A stretch of 63,995 nucleotides of DNA, the filler included, from Phoronis australis (lineage: Eukaryota > Animalia > Phoronida), in NCBI GenBank assembly GCA_002633005.1. It is 4 parts of 4 records of this genome, joined end to end, with 100 filler letters (N's around TTAATTAATTAA, not from the genome) between each part and the next. Parts side by side here need not be neighbours in the genome. Positions count along the whole stretch, not along the records: positions 41,637 to 63,995 come from NMRA01001333.1; 3 more parts are not named here. The stretch is one strand, 5' to 3'. The notes under the pieces were generated by a model, which did not search any database, was not told where the DNA came from, and saw nothing but the letters and a program-made list of their open reading frames with translations. Of this stretch, positions 63,576 through 63,995 are shown one piece after another. The position numbers were made by a program, and so were the translations under genes. Numbering within the stretch: the stretch's first letter is position 1; every line of letters starts with the position of its first letter.

Positions 63576-63982
63576 AAAATTGAGCTAGATCAACTTTTCT
63601 GGTAACCACTTAAAACTGCCTTCAATACCTGCTACGTCATCCATTGTATCAAAATTGGTCACTGCCAGACAATTTCAATGGTGGGGAGTACCCGCCAGAC
63701 GAACATATGCAGGGTGCCAAAATTGAGCTAGATCAATCCAAGAGGTAACCGCTTGAAACCAGTCGCAAAATATTCACCGTAAGCCCAGGTATCACGAATG
63801 AACACTGCCAGACAAATCTAGTGGTGGGTTACACCCGCCAGACACGCCCAAATACCTGAATTGAGCTAGATCAACCCATCAGGTAACCGTTTGAAACCAA
63901 TTGCACGATGTTCAGCATCACTGAACATGGCACAACAGTTAGATGCCAGACAATTTCAGTGGTGGGGTGTCCCTGCCAGACG
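63576..63982. repeat. ~142-bp diverged tandem repeat, 3 copies, reaching the window end
   Basis: AATTGAGCTAGATCAA...GGTAACC...TGCCAGACAA...GGTGGG...GCCAGAC recurs at about 63578, 63721 and 63859. Confidence 0.85.
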
Positions 63983-63995
63983 ATTATCAAAAAGG

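Overview
This is AT-rich eukaryotic DNA, most likely from an invertebrate animal, and comes from a fragmented draft assembly. The assembly has three 100-nt N gaps carrying an artificial TTAATTAATTAA linker, two plain N gaps and several single-N joins, so continuity across these points is not established. The only host gene I can identify firmly is inosine-5'-monophosphate dehydrogenase (IMPDH) on the minus strand. Seven GT-AG exons between 22367 and 31151 splice in frame from the second CBS repeat through the catalytic GSGSICIT motif to YRGMGS...RYF, but I could not find the N- or C-terminal exons. A probable TATA-driven gene for a secreted protein starts at about 5.7-7.3 kb on the plus strand. 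The rest is mostly transposon-derived: BEL/Pao and Gypsy pol fragments, a solo LTR with a 5-bp TSD, DINE-1/HINE-like Helentron derivatives, Harbinger, hAT and Kolobok-like non-autonomous elements, CCGTA-TIR elements carrying HIRAN-like remnants, LINE 3' ends, a tRNA-derived SINE, foldback palindromes and minisatellites. The most notable observations are the HIRAN-like cargo in TA-flanked TIR elements and a 63-bp tandem repeat that multiplies an IMPDH splice donor. I see no CRISPR array, rRNA or prokaryotic system, and I cannot support a claim of a clearly new biological system.
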